Source of the DNA: a virus
Virus record (IMG/VR): IMGVR_UViG_3300044742_000232
Coordinates: 1 to 64,000 of that record
DNA: 64,000 nucleotides
Direction: 5' to 3' (one strand)
In this document: positions 18,504-28,347 of the stretch, in pieces
How positions within the stretch are numbered: position 1 is the first letter of the stretch
How the letters are laid out: the number at the start of each line of letters is the position of its first letter
The notes under the pieces: generated by a model
What the model was told of the DNA's origin: nothing
Seen by the model: only the letters and a program-made list of their open reading frames with translations
Database searches by the model: none
Made by a program: the position numbers and the translations under genes

Positions 18504-18532
18504 AGGATACTATAGGCTAAAGGGAATGTCAA
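18504..18532 (-). promoter_or_regulatory. Sigma70-type promoter upstream of the RNA array/DUF2828 operon
   Basis: TTGACA-17 nt-TATCCT. Confidence 0.75.
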
Positions 18533-18550
18533 CTAGAATCTTACCAATCC

Positions 18551-19579
18551 TCAATTATTGACACCAGCCCAATATAACACGCGCGTCCCACTCTTCACCT
18601 TGCGGTTTGTGGACGTGGACTGAATGAATATGTCATAATCCCCATGGTCGCCGGGAATGAGCTTCACATTACCAAACTCAGGCAAACCGAGAAGTGATCG
18701 CGTTCCAGCCCCAGAATAAACCTTTTGTGTGGTCTTATTCTGAATACAGATTCTCTTATAATCTTGAACATTACTCTCAGTCTTTGACAACTCATAGAAA
18801 GCGCAACCTTTCTTATAAATTCCAATCTTATTCATGCAAAACTCAAAGATTTCTTTATCATGATCCTTGGAACCGACTTTCAAAAGTTGCACATCCTTAG
18901 TGATATCTTGAGCCACCTTTGCAACTGTGCTTGGTTTCACATCAGCTAGGTTGCTATAGAATGCTCTTGTGCTCTTCACACCTCGGGAGCGGGCTTCATA
19001 AAAGTCCTGAGTAGCAGCCATTGTAGTATAGGTGGCAGCTTCCATACCTTCTTCAGTTTGATCCCATTCCAGAATATTTCCTTCAGGAATTCCAAACTTC
19101 GCTAGGATTCTTTTCTGGCCTCTTGGAACGCGAAAAACAAAAGTCCAACGATCTGTGGCTTGAAGTTTGCGAATTTTTTCTCCTAGAATATAACCACTAA
19201 TCTTGGAAGAATTCTCTTCTCCATCAGTAATGATATTGAGAAGAAATATTACTTCTGGATCGTTTGCATCAGGTGCATCTTGTAGAATAGAAATAAGCTC
19301 ATTCACACTATCAAACAATGGCGTGGAATATCCATCTGTGATATATGAACGTTCTGGAATTGGTTGAAGAGCTACGATACTTGAATTGATCGTTTCTCTT
19401 TCAACTCTTCCTTGAGAACCAACACCACACTTGACTGTGCTAACGATTGTGTCTTGATTATTTTTGGACGCCGCTTCTTTGATAGCAGCAATCATATCAT
19501 TGTAATCTCTAGCTGCCGCTTTGGCTAGATGTGTCATAGAACGGCTGTGATCACGGCTAAAGCCTATGTAATTTTTCAT
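18551..19579 (-). CDS. vWA domain protein
   Basis: MIDAS DHSRSM, TPLFD, IITDGEENSS. Confidence 0.85.
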   Translation of the reverse strand: MKNYIGFSRDHSRSMTHLAKAAARDYNDMIAAIKEAASKNNQDTIVSTVKCGVGSQGRVERETINSSIVALQPIPERSYITDGYSTPLFDSVNELISILQDAPDANDPEVIFLLNIITDGEENSSKISGYILGEKIRKLQATDRWTFVFRVPRGQKRILAKFGIPEGNILEWDQTEEGMEAATYTTMAATQDFYEARSRGVKSTRAFYSNLADVKPSTVAKVAQDITKDVQLLKVGSKDHDKEIFEFCMNKIGIYKKGCAFYELSKTESNVQDYKRICIQNKTTQKVYSGAGTRSLLGLPEFGNVKLIPGDHGDYDIFIQSTSTNRKVKSGTRVLYWAGVNN

Positions 19580-19629
19580 ATTTTTTATTCTCCGTATTAG
19601 TTATATTGTTGTATTAGTAGATACTGTAT

Positions 19630-20118
19630 TTAGGTCGCGATAGCACTACCAACAGGAGGAGGACTCGGACCAATAAATTGTCCATCTTTTACCGTTCCTT
19701 TGAAGCCCACGCCAAGTGAATGATCAGGTAGAGCTTTTACACTCTTTCCTTTGTTTGCCAGACGCACCTTTGTCGTAGCAATATTTTCAGCCGTTTGAGT
19801 GATCCATTTTTGAATAGCACCATTGATCAAATCGGAAACCAAGGAATAGGGGAAGGCTGCATTTGGACCGATGATAGCCATCTTTCCTTTGATCAAAAAT
19901 TCATCACCAAGGAGGAGAATCGAGAAGTGTTGTTCTCCTAGACCAGTGATAGAAATCTTGATATGGTATTGGCCTTCATCCTCTCTTGTGACATTATAAA
20001 GAGCCTGCGTAAAGTCAATATTTGCAGCATTCTTCACAATGAAGTCACGTAATCCAACTTTCAAGGTGTCCACAAGATCATCAATCATAGGGATGTTCTC
20101 CTTTTTAGATTTGGTCAT
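19630..20118 (-). CDS. hypothetical protein
   Basis: AAGG RBS, 162 aa. Confidence 0.6.
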   Translation of the reverse strand: MTKSKKENIPMIDDLVDTLKVGLRDFIVKNAANIDFTQALYNVTREDEGQYHIKISITGLGEQHFSILLLGDEFLIKGKMAIIGPNAAFPYSLVSDLINGAIQKWITQTAENIATTKVRLANKGKSVKALPDHSLGVGFKGTVKDGQFIGPSPPPVGSAIAT

Positions 20119-20170
20119 TTACCTTATAAAACATTATATAAAACTAATCAACAACAAATATGACCTGTCC

Positions 20171-20608
20171 TCATAATTTTTCATAGCCAATTTCACTTGA
20201 ATAAATGACGTTTTGGATACCAAATTCAGCAATAGCACGCTGACAACCAACACAAGGTTTACTCAGGCCAAAAATAAACTTTTCTTTGGCTGAACTTTCA
20301 TATTTCATTCGGCATATATAAAGTGTTGACTTTGCTAACTCTTTGAGAGACAATTGTTTTAGAGCCAAAAGAATAGCTTGTGTTTCTGAATGAAGATAAA
20401 TGGAATCACTGTTCTTACCATACTTGGCCTGGAAGGGATGAGTCTTGCGACGGTTGATCCCTATAGCCACAACATCGCCCTTGTAGACCACAGCGCTCGC
20501 CAGACGCGCTTGAGCCACGGGCGGCACTGTGACAGCCACCTTAGACAAAAGCGTTAAAAACTTCTGATGATTGTTGTTTGTCGGAAAAAAGTTCGGCATC
20601 TTGAGCAT
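20171..20608 (-). CDS. Zn-dependent cytidine/dCMP deaminase-fold protein (TadA-like fold)
   Basis: ASAVVYKGDVVAIGIN, HSE, SKPCVGC. Confidence 0.8.
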   Translation of the reverse strand: MLKMPNFFPTNNNHQKFLTLLSKVAVTVPPVAQARLASAVVYKGDVVAIGINRRKTHPFQAKYGKNSDSIYLHSETQAILLALKQLSLKELAKSTLYICRMKYESSAKEKFIFGLSKPCVGCQRAIAEFGIQNVIYSSEIGYEKL

Positions 20609-21047
20609 CGTTATCCTTGTTCACAAAAAACGCAAGAGTGCTTTTATAATTTTTCATACATCCTTTTACGAAACTTGTTATTTCATCTTTTGTCATTACA
20701 ACCTTATTTTTTTCACAATCAACGTATATTAAACCATCATGAAATAGACGATGACAACATGCACACAGTATCACACATTTATGCATTTCTTCTATAATAG
20801 ATTTTGTAGAAAATCTTCCGGCCAAAAGCCTTGAAACTTCGTCAACTTTAGTTGATGGATCAATGTGATGAAAATCAAGACAAATAGGCACCTGTCTCCA
20901 TCCTCCACATGCTACACAACATTTCTTTGAAAGATAGTCATTAAAAGCAACAAATCGGCGGTCGTATCGTGTTTTTTGATGTAGATTACGTTTTTCTCTT
21001 TTTTCTCTTTTTTTCTTTTCAATTTCAATATTAATAAGTTCAGTCAA
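20541..21047 (-). CDS. HNH endonuclease
   Basis: CVACG...LDFHHIDP...KCVILCACCHR. Confidence 0.8.
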   Translation of the reverse strand: MTELINIEIEKKKREKREKRNLHQKTRYDRRFVAFNDYLSKKCCVACGGWRQVPICLDFHHIDPSTKVDEVSRLLAGRFSTKSIIEEMHKCVILCACCHRLFHDGLIYVDCEKNKVVMTKDEITSFVKGCMKNYKSTLAFFVNKDNDAQDAELFSDKQQSSEVFNAFV

Positions 21048-21063
21048 TACTATAACACTCCTT

Positions 21064-21540
21064 TCATTTAGACCAACGTTTCATGTAATCTCTTATTTGA
21101 GCCTCAATTAAATATCTATACCGAGAATGCCAATATTTATGATGGGTAGGACATAAAGGTATCAAATTATTTGGAGCATTGTTTTCATGATTTTCATCTA
21201 AGTGATGAACCTCAACTAACTTGCTTTCTTGACATATAACACATGATTTATCATGATAGCGAAAGCATAATGCTCTATATGACGATAACTTATGATCTGG
21301 AATTCTCTTAAAATACTTATTTGAACAAGAATAAGAACACGTTGTTCCTGTTTTATAATTTTTGATTGGGTTTCTACAAATTGGACAGTAAACTATATTT
21401 TTTGAGTTCAAATAGCACGATTGTTCGTGTTTCATAATATTAGCAATAGTTCGCGCTTCACCACAAAAAATGCAAATTTTATGCGTATTAAGTGCTATTA
21501 ATCTAGCATGATTAATTGTATTCTTAGTCAGTTGAAACAA
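21064..21540 (-). CDS. HNH endonuclease with N-terminal Zn-binding motifs
   Basis: CVIC...VEVHHLDENHENN..NNLIPLCPTHH. Confidence 0.85.
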   Translation of the reverse strand: MFQLTKNTINHARLIALNTHKICIFCGEARTIANIMKHEQSCYLNSKNIVYCPICRNPIKNYKTGTTCSYSCSNKYFKRIPDHKLSSYRALCFRYHDKSCVICQESKLVEVHHLDENHENNAPNNLIPLCPTHHKYWHSRYRYLIEAQIRDYMKRWSK

Positions 21541-21757
21541 AACCGCCCATATTGATGCGGAAGATCAAATGTTTCAGCTGTTGAATACGAGTTTCTTGAG
21601 CTTCTATTGCATCAGCACGGCGGCGCAAGATTTCTGATTCTGGTATAGCTATAGTTTGAGTACATTGCAAACCGGGGTCTAGGTCTTTTGAAATTTCTTC
21701 CAAAAGTTTGATATCTTCATGTTGAAGCTGGTAAAGGGCTTGGTAAGACATTGACAT
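21524..21757 (-). CDS. hypothetical protein
   Basis: In the gene run. Confidence 0.5.
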   Translation of the reverse strand: MSMSYQALYQLQHEDIKLLEEISKDLDPGLQCTQTIAIPESEILRRRADAIEAQETRIQQLKHLIFRINMGGFVSTD

Positions 21758-22358
21758 CCTCTTTCACTGTTCCTCCGAGAGCGGAACTTGATAATGCTTG
21801 CGGTTGTATTTTTTCTTCAGGCGGGTTCGTTTCGGCTTGAACGGGCTGTTCTTGCTGAATAATTCCGTCGCTCTGATTTTCTGGTGTTTGGACAAGCGGT
21901 TGCGGTTCTTCTTTTTCATCTTGAAGTCGTTTTCGTTCTAGTGCCTCTTGGAGTGTAATGAAACTCCCATCTGGTTGTTTTCTAGCAATGCCTTTTGGCC
22001 AACGAGCTAGATTTTTCAGATTACTTGGCATATGTCCTTTCTTTGGACCTGATTTTCCTCTTACTTTTTCTGAAAAAGCCACGGTTTCTGGAGATGGTAT
22101 CTGAATTTTTGCTTCCGTTTTCTTTTCTAATGATGCATTGTGCCGCTCAACAATATCCCTACCAACAGCTTGTTCAACGAATCCATTGTATTGAGGACCA
22201 CCTACCCATCTTTGCATCGTGGCAAGCTTATATCCTTCTCCTTTCTTTGGAGCCGTTGAGACATAACAGGTATAGAAAGTTTCAGGATAGCCACTTACTC
22301 CAATCACTGTCTCATTATGTTCGTGTAAATACCATTTTACCTTCAATACATCATCCAT
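21717..22358 (-). CDS. hypothetical protein with Gln/Pro-rich tail
   Basis: 213 aa ORF. Confidence 0.6.
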   Translation of the reverse strand: MDDVLKVKWYLHEHNETVIGVSGYPETFYTCYVSTAPKKGEGYKLATMQRWVGGPQYNGFVEQAVGRDIVERHNASLEKKTEAKIQIPSPETVAFSEKVRGKSGPKKGHMPSNLKNLARWPKGIARKQPDGSFITLQEALERKRLQDEKEEPQPLVQTPENQSDGIIQQEQPVQAETNPPEEKIQPQALSSSALGGTVKEDVNVLPSPLPAST

Positions 22359-22541
22359 CAGATTCTTTTTCTCCTAAACATTCAATACAATATAGTTTCA
22401 GTTCGTCTCTACATTCTTTCTCAGTTTCAAATGGTCCATAACGCTCGGACCATGATTCATCAAAAAACCACCAGCCATCATCATCTTCATGAACCGGATC
22501 ATGAACCCAGTCTTCACCATACTTTGGCTGTTCAATAACAA

Positions 22542-22955
22542 TCACTTTGGTCGTCCTTTTATCTTGCCGATAGTATACTTGCTCTCTAAGGTCCATTCTG
22601 CTTTTTCCTTGAAGCTTATGATTTTGATGTTAGAAAGCGTTGCGCGAGGTTCTTTTATTTCTTCTTGATTGAGAACTGTGAGTAGTTTCCACTCCTCTAA
22701 AAGAGATGCAATTGTGTTTCGTCTAGCTTTATCTTCACTCGTAAAACTTGTTTCTTTACCATCTAAAGCAAATAGTTCCTTGAAGTGAAGCAGGTAGTAA
22801 AGCCCCTTTTTGTGGAGGATATGAACGCTCTGATATAGTTTCTTATCTTTCTTAGAAGCTATTCCTACCCGCGTAAGAGTTTCCTTTATTTTCAGGAAAT
22901 CATTTTTGTCGTTGAATTTTATCTCAACACCTAAACCATTTATCAACATAATCAT
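22542..22955 (-). CDS. regA: Translational repressor RegA
   Basis: DFLKIKETLTRVGIAS...LYQSVHILHKKG.YY..HFKELFALDG. Confidence 0.96.
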   Translation of the reverse strand: MIMLINGLGVEIKFNDKNDFLKIKETLTRVGIASKKDKKLYQSVHILHKKGLYYLLHFKELFALDGKETSFTSEDKARRNTIASLLEEWKLLTVLNQEEIKEPRATLSNIKIISFKEKAEWTLESKYTIGKIKGRPK

Positions 22956-22960
22956 TCCTT

Positions 22961-23359
22961 CTAAATGTCTTTTTTCAAACCTCCTCTATTACTACGCTGT
23001 TTGATTTCTTTGAGTTGTTCAGACGATAGAATAGCTAGGGCTTCTTTTGCTTTTTTTACGTTATAACCAAAGAAAGTTTGGATCAATTCCACATCATCAA
23101 GTTTTTCTGAACGATGTATTTTACTAAATCGTTTCCTTGGTCTGACTGTATTTAGAAGATAGACATACTGGTTTCGTGGAGCGATCCTGTGATTTTTGTC
23201 CATATTATAAGCATAGAAAAGGGTATCTTTATGATAGGACAGCATGAGGTTGATGAAATAGGGGGCATAATCTTTATCAATGCGCTCATCGTCCCGAAGA
23301 TCATCTTTCTTGACGTTGATGCTGTTGATAAAGCGATACTTGTCTAGCCCTTCATCCAT
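22961..23359 (-). CDS. 62: Clamp loader small subunit gp62
   Basis: FINSIN, YAPYFIN..LS, YLLNTVRPRKRF, GYN..KAKEAL; position between 44 and regA. Confidence 0.9.
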   Translation of the reverse strand: MDEGLDKYRFINSINVKKDDLRDDERIDKDYAPYFINLMLSYHKDTLFYAYNMDKNHRIAPRNQYVYLLNTVRPRKRFSKIHRSEKLDDVELIQTFFGYNVKKAKEALAILSSEQLKEIKQRSNRGGLKKDI

Positions 23360-23695
23360 TTTTTGTCTTTCAAATAATCCAAAGTATTGAAGCACTCACT
23401 ACAAATGCTCATATTATAGACTTGCTGCGCGCCTTCATCATTCTTAGCCAGATACTCTATTTCATGATCTTTGGAGTGCATCCGGCCGCACATTCCGCAG
23501 CTTATTTTCGTTTGAAATAAGTTTGCAATTTTATCAAAAAATCTAAACATGCGTCCTTATAATTCCTTTGTTCTTCTGGTGAGTCCCATAAAAGAACGTT
23601 ATTTTTACATTTTATTATTTTACAAATAGCATCTCCAATCTCAGTTGCCATTTGTTCAGTTGCAAAGCCACAGTCTCTCATATGTTTTTCTGTCA

Positions 23696-24640
23696 TCATA
23701 GCCATTCTCCTTTCAAGTGCAGCATCAGGTCCACAAGGCAAGCTGTCATGTTTATCTCATGGTTGAGAGAGAACGCAGCTTCATATTCATATTTTCCGAT
23801 CAACAGGACTGCCATAGGTTGTCCGATTTTTGTTAGGCTGGATAACATATTGCTGTAGAGATTATGATAGAAATCATTTGAGTCCATCGTATTTTCTGCG
23901 ACCCATTTTCTTATATCAGTAAAATTCTGCTCCTTCACAAAGCCAATCAGCTTCTTCAGGGAAACGTCAGTGAAATTACTAAGGATACCAGCGTCTATCT
24001 TACCACAACCGGCATAACCTTGCAATTCCATCAGCATCTTGCGCCAGTCAGGAAACCTCTTTTCTATGACTTTGGCAAGGATTTGTTTGTCATATTTGAC
24101 CTTTTCTTGATCCAGGATTGAAATAACCCGATCAAGAAACTGACAAGCAAGATCAACCTTCTCCTGAAGCTCTATCGTGAAATCTATAGTCTTGCATCTG
24201 GAATGAAGCGGCTCAATGATCTTACCAGGATAATTGCAAGTAAGAATGAACCCGCAATTATTACCATACATGTCCATAAAACCACGGAGAGCGGGTTGAA
24301 AAGAATTAGGATTGAGATTATCGGCTTCATCCAAAACGACGTATTTTCTACCTCCATAAAATGAAACAGAGGTAGCATAATTGAGAATATCATTGCGTAA
24401 AGTATCAAGATTTCTATCAAGGGAAGCGTTGTAGAACTTATAATCGCTGGCCAACTCATCTAGCATCGCCCTTGCTGCCGAGGTTTTACCAATACCAGGA
24501 GAGCCACACAAAATCAAGTGTGGAATGTTCTTGTCCTTGACATAATTTTGGAAAAGAGATTTGATGCGTTCCGGTAGAATAGCATCAGTTACAGTCTTAG
24601 GACGAAATTTCTCCGACCACAAATACTCATCGCGAAGCAT
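23696..24640 (-). CDS. 44: Clamp loader large subunit gp44
   Basis: LWSEKFRP, GSPGIGKT, LDEAD, PLHSRC, FPDWR. Confidence 0.96.
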   Translation of the reverse strand: MLRDEYLWSEKFRPKTVTDAILPERIKSLFQNYVKDKNIPHLILCGSPGIGKTSAARAMLDELASDYKFYNASLDRNLDTLRNDILNYATSVSFYGGRKYVVLDEADNLNPNSFQPALRGFMDMYGNNCGFILTCNYPGKIIEPLHSRCKTIDFTIELQEKVDLACQFLDRVISILDQEKVKYDKQILAKVIEKRFPDWRKMLMELQGYAGCGKIDAGILSNFTDVSLKKLIGFVKEQNFTDIRKWVAENTMDSNDFYHNLYSNMLSSLTKIGQPMAVLLIGKYEYEAAFSLNHEINMTACLVDLMLHLKGEWL

Positions 24641-24643
24641 AAT

Positions 24644-24967
24644 TTATCCAATATTTCGTTTCTTCCATTTTCCATCGTCATCCATCAAACCAATCTTCTG
24701 ATAATTCTTCTTCAGTTGATTCAATGAGTAGCCTTCTGGTAATGAAATACATGTTATTCTTTTGATTTCCCCAGTTTCAGAAATTTCCTTGGTGAAACAA
24801 TCTAGAACACCATCCTCCTCAATCATTTTCTTGTTGAGACGGATTTCACGAAAGGTCTTATCATGCTCCTCGTTGCCGAAAGTGACATGAATTTCTTCCG
24901 CATGATAGTCTTCTAACAACCTTTCTATGTTGATGTAAACTATAGCCATGTTCTTCCCCTTGTTCAT
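24644..24967 (-). CDS. hypothetical protein
   Basis: In the gene run. Confidence 0.55.
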   Translation of the reverse strand: MNKGKNMAIVYINIERLLEDYHAEEIHVTFGNEEHDKTFREIRLNKKMIEEDGVLDCFTKEISETGEIKRITCISLPEGYSLNQLKKNYQKIGLMDDDGKWKKRNIG

Positions 24968-24973
24968 GGTGTT

Positions 24974-25324
24974 TCACATACCGTCTGGAAAAAATAGACA
25001 GATCAGCATTAGACCGCCCATGCCATCAGGACGCATACAAGCATGTGGATTAGAATCACCGGATTTTCTAAATTTGAAGTTATGAGGAACAGCGACCGTT
25101 CCATGCTTGGTTGTTACAACTAATTGTGGCAGTTCTGTGGGGTTTGTTGGTTTAGTAAATGAACTATCGGTAATAGGTGCGCAGTCCAGTTGATGACAAC
25201 ATTCCTTAGGATATTGCCAGCCAGAAGGGGACTCATGCGCGCGCACACTTGACGCAAATATTAGGCCGAGAACGCTTAGAAATAGTAGTGGTATTAGCTT
25301 TTTCATTATTAGTTTCTTCTCCAA
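24974..25324 (-). CDS. Secreted Cys-rich hypothetical protein
   Basis: Signal peptide ending VRA-H, GWQYPKECCHQLDC, S.D..PHAC, CLFFP. Confidence 0.65.
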   Translation of the reverse strand: MEKKLIMKKLIPLLFLSVLGLIFASSVRAHESPSGWQYPKECCHQLDCAPITDSSFTKPTNPTELPQLVVTTKHGTVAVPHNFKFRKSGDSNPHACMRPDGMGGLMLICLFFPDGM

Positions 25325-25520
25325 TTACAAAGACCCAATCGTCACCAAAAATATCTTCATATGCTAAAATCAAAACGTTTAGACTAGAACCATCTTTTTC
25401 CAATGACCAAAGCATATTATCTTTCAAATAGACGCCTTTTATGTCAGACCAAGCTTCGCGAGTGACCATCCCTCCTTCTTTCAGAAAATTGAAAGCTTTA
25501 TCAAAGGAGAGTTGAGCCAT
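25233..25520 (-). CDS. DUF2829/Tad2-like protein (candidate anti-Thoeris sponge)
   Basis: SFDKAFNFLKEG.MVTREAW...EDIFGDDW pattern. Confidence 0.6.
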   Translation of the reverse strand: MAQLSFDKAFNFLKEGGMVTREAWSDIKGVYLKDNMLWSLEKDGSSLNVLILAYEDIFGDDWVFVIGEETNNEKANTTTISKRSRPNICVKCARA

Positions 25521-25526
25521 ATCACT

Positions 25527-26198
25527 TCACCCGAATTTTGAATGCTTTTCTTCCAGAGTAATGTAATACTCTAGATCGTTCGTTTGAAAATGACTTACGC
25601 CTTTGGTAGATATGCCTATGCTGTATTCTTGCGGAATAATCTTATAGAGATATTCCGCTCTAAAGACCGCAAAAAATATCTTATCTGTTTCCCCAACCTC
25701 AACAGAGAACGAATCACCCCTCGGATCGCGCACGTCCAGAGCTTGAACATAGAGTTTTCCTTGTTCCCCAACTACAGCTATTTCCGGCGCAGACAAAGCA
25801 CTTGTCGCACTCAGCACAGCTTTTAGGTTCGCTTGCGTCAACGTCAGAACAATGTCTTTCGCTGGCATCACGAAGCGTTTTTCAGGTGGCTTGAATATAG
25901 CATCTTCGTCAGTGTATGTATAGTTGATTCTTTGCTTCCCTGAAAAAATCTTTACCTGTGTTTTCTCAAATGACAACTCAGGTTCTTTGAAGAGAGAAAG
26001 AGCACTTAGAAAACGAGATATATCACCGATTGCAAAACGTTTGTCAAAAGACTGGGTTAGTTTTGCTCTACCATAGACTGCCTTTGACGTTGAAAGTGTT
26101 GCAATAGAATCTCCTACTGGAAACAGAAGAGAGTTATTGATTAGAGAAAACGATTTGATAATACTAAGAGTTTGCGGTTTCAGTTGCATTTTTACCAA
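25527..26198 (-). CDS. 45: Sliding clamp gp45
   Basis: LKPQTLSIIKSFSLINNSL, FAIGDISRFLSALSLF; synteny with 44/62. Confidence 0.93.
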   Translation of the reverse strand: MVKMQLKPQTLSIIKSFSLINNSLLFPVGDSIATLSTSKAVYGRAKLTQSFDKRFAIGDISRFLSALSLFKEPELSFEKTQVKIFSGKQRINYTYTDEDAIFKPPEKRFVMPAKDIVLTLTQANLKAVLSATSALSAPEIAVVGEQGKLYVQALDVRDPRGDSFSVEVGETDKIFFAVFRAEYLYKIIPQEYSIGISTKGVSHFQTNDLEYYITLEEKHSKFG

Positions 26199-26428
26199 AA
26201 ATCTCCAAAACTTTCATCAGCCAATTCACTTTTACCAAAACATTCTTCCCAATCTTCACGATTATTATGTAAACCTATAGCCCACCATTTAGTGTTAGAG
26301 GGATATTTTTGGCTTTGATATTGAAAATCTTTTTGTATTTCTTCCTTCGTATTTCCATGACAAGTCAAATATGCTCTACTATAAGAACTAGGAGTAGCTG
26401 GCACATCACCTTCATATGTAATTTTCAT
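26192..26428 (-). CDS. hypothetical protein
   Basis: Overlaps neighbours. Confidence 0.5.
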   Translation of the reverse strand: MKITYEGDVPATPSSYSRAYLTCHGNTKEEIQKDFQYQSQKYPSNTKWWAIGLHNNREDWEECFGKSELADESFGDFW

Positions 26429-27273
26429 TTTTTTCCACCTAATTTGCTTGGGTCCGCTGTGGGGGACACTCCAGCCATCGCAATATCAGCCAGCGAGCCA
26501 CCGAACGTGTAGCGCCCTACGTGGCTCAGCTGCATCCATGGGCAGAGCCAGACCTTGCCCCCGAACTTGCCTACATCGTAACAAAACTTATAATCCTCAC
26601 TGAGATAACGCTTTGAAACAGGATCAATAGCAGCATCAAAATACATCATGATTTCTCGGGAGCCATCAAACTGCGCAGTTCTTACATGATCAGGACGATA
26701 CATCAATTCTGGATAAGCTTCTTTATATCGTTCAAGAGTCTGTCTTTTAATCATCATGAAACCAGTGCCAATTTCTAAAACTTCAGCCGGTTCAGAAATA
26801 GCAATCTGTTGTTGGCCAGTATTCTTTGGATTGAAAACATAATCCCCAACATACTTTTCTAGATCGTTAGGATTGGTATCAGCAAGTCCTTTATCAACAG
26901 CTTGCTTGATCTTTTCCCAGGAAATACACTTCTTTGGATATGGTCCGCCGATAACATCATAAGGTGAGTCATCAGATGCCAAGGCCAGCAAAGCAATTAC
27001 ATCATTAGGATTGAAACCGATATCACTATCAATAAACATAAGATGGGTAAAATCACTTCTCATAAACTCATCGCAAATATAAGCTCTTGCGCGAGTAATG
27101 AGACTTTCATTCATCAAAAAATATGCATTGAGCGGAATACCATAACGTGTGCAAAGAGAAGACAGGTCCATGCAAGAGCGAGCAAAAAGTGCAGCACACT
27201 GACCGTCGTAACAAGGGAGGCCCAAGAAGAGTTTTCTTTTTTGAAGCTCATCACCCGATATGCGAATTTCCAA
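26425..27273 (-). CDS. GT-A fold glycosyltransferase-like protein
   Basis: LFLGLPCYDG, NESLITRAR, LMFIDSDI (DxD), GTGFM, LSEDY.FC. Confidence 0.75.
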   Translation of the reverse strand: MEIRISGDELQKRKLFLGLPCYDGQCAALFARSCMDLSSLCTRYGIPLNAYFLMNESLITRARAYICDEFMRSDFTHLMFIDSDIGFNPNDVIALLALASDDSPYDVIGGPYPKKCISWEKIKQAVDKGLADTNPNDLEKYVGDYVFNPKNTGQQQIAISEPAEVLEIGTGFMMIKRQTLERYKEAYPELMYRPDHVRTAQFDGSREIMMYFDAAIDPVSKRYLSEDYKFCYDVGKFGGKVWLCPWMQLSHVGRYTFGGSLADIAMAGVSPTADPSKLGGKK

Positions 27274-27799
27274 ATTTAATTCCTTTTTTATTCAAATAAT
27301 ATTGCTTTTTAGCATCACTTATCTTTTTCCTTGTTTCTAATGATCGTTTTTTTCCAGTATTGGACAAAGCACGTTTTGCAATTATATCAGGATTAGAATT
27401 TATTTGTAATGCATGTTCTTTTGTAAAATGATATTGTTTTAGTCTTGGATTTAGTTTTTGTTTATCGCGCCACGCAATACCTGTTCTATCACAAACTTTA
27501 GAATCAGTTTTATTCAACCATCTCTTACTAAAAACAACATTTAGTCTGGATAATGCTTTATGTTCCCATTGTCTAGCTTTTTCTCCTGTTTCAAATGTCC
27601 GTCTCACCTGAATTATGTCAGGTTCACCACAATACTCTATTTGTATTGCTATTTCTTTAGATGAAGTAAAATACGTTACCCATAAATTTTTGGGATTGGC
27701 AATGCGGCGGCGTGAATACTCACAGCCATAATACCATTTATCTAATTTAGACCAACCAATCAAATATGTGTACGGTAAATACTCATCATTCATCAGCAA
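27251..27799 (-). mobile_element. GIY-YIG (Seg-like) homing endonuclease with NUMOD3-like tail
   Basis: YTYLI...WYYG, YFTSS, WLN, GKKRSLETRKKIS. Confidence 0.75.
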
Positions 27800-27984
27800 T
27801 ATATACTTTCACATCATCTTCCCCGATAAGGGATTTCAGTTCGTGTTCCATTATGCTAACATCTTCTTCTAACATTGGTTTGACTGTAGCAAATTCAAGA
27901 TCAGCAGTTCCAAGCAAAGAACTTACCTCTGTAGAAACAAACTCATGACGAGCCGTGACATAATCAGTGACTTTTTTGATTTCA

Positions 27985-28347
27985 TCATTTAGTTCCTTCT
28001 TCGTGATCGCCACTATGATTATCATCTGTCGGTTCCTTTTTCACTTCATTCCGCTTCAGCTTGTCGTGATAGTATAGCAGCATCAGACAGTAATGTATAG
28101 TCTTAAATAGGTCTTTTTTATTGAAGCCGTCCTTCTTTCCATAACGGTAAAGATACTTGATAGCCATGTTCCTATGGATCGGCGCAGGATCATCGTCTAA
28201 AGCTTCCCATAAGTCAAAAACTTGAAGACCGTTCTTTCCAAAATAGTGCTCGGAATAGGTTGATTCAATGTATTCTCTAATCTGTTGAATCATCTTGTCT
28301 TCGTCATACTTATAAGTGATGTTATTCATTGTGAATAATTTATTCAT
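27985..28347 (-). CDS. DUF3310-like conserved T4-like phage protein
   Basis: YIESTYSEHY, AIKYLYRYGKKDG..KKDL.K.IHY. Confidence 0.7.
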   Translation of the reverse strand: MNKLFTMNNITYKYDEDKMIQQIREYIESTYSEHYFGKNGLQVFDLWEALDDDPAPIHRNMAIKYLYRYGKKDGFNKKDLFKTIHYCLMLLYYHDKLKRNEVKKEPTDDNHSGDHEEGTK

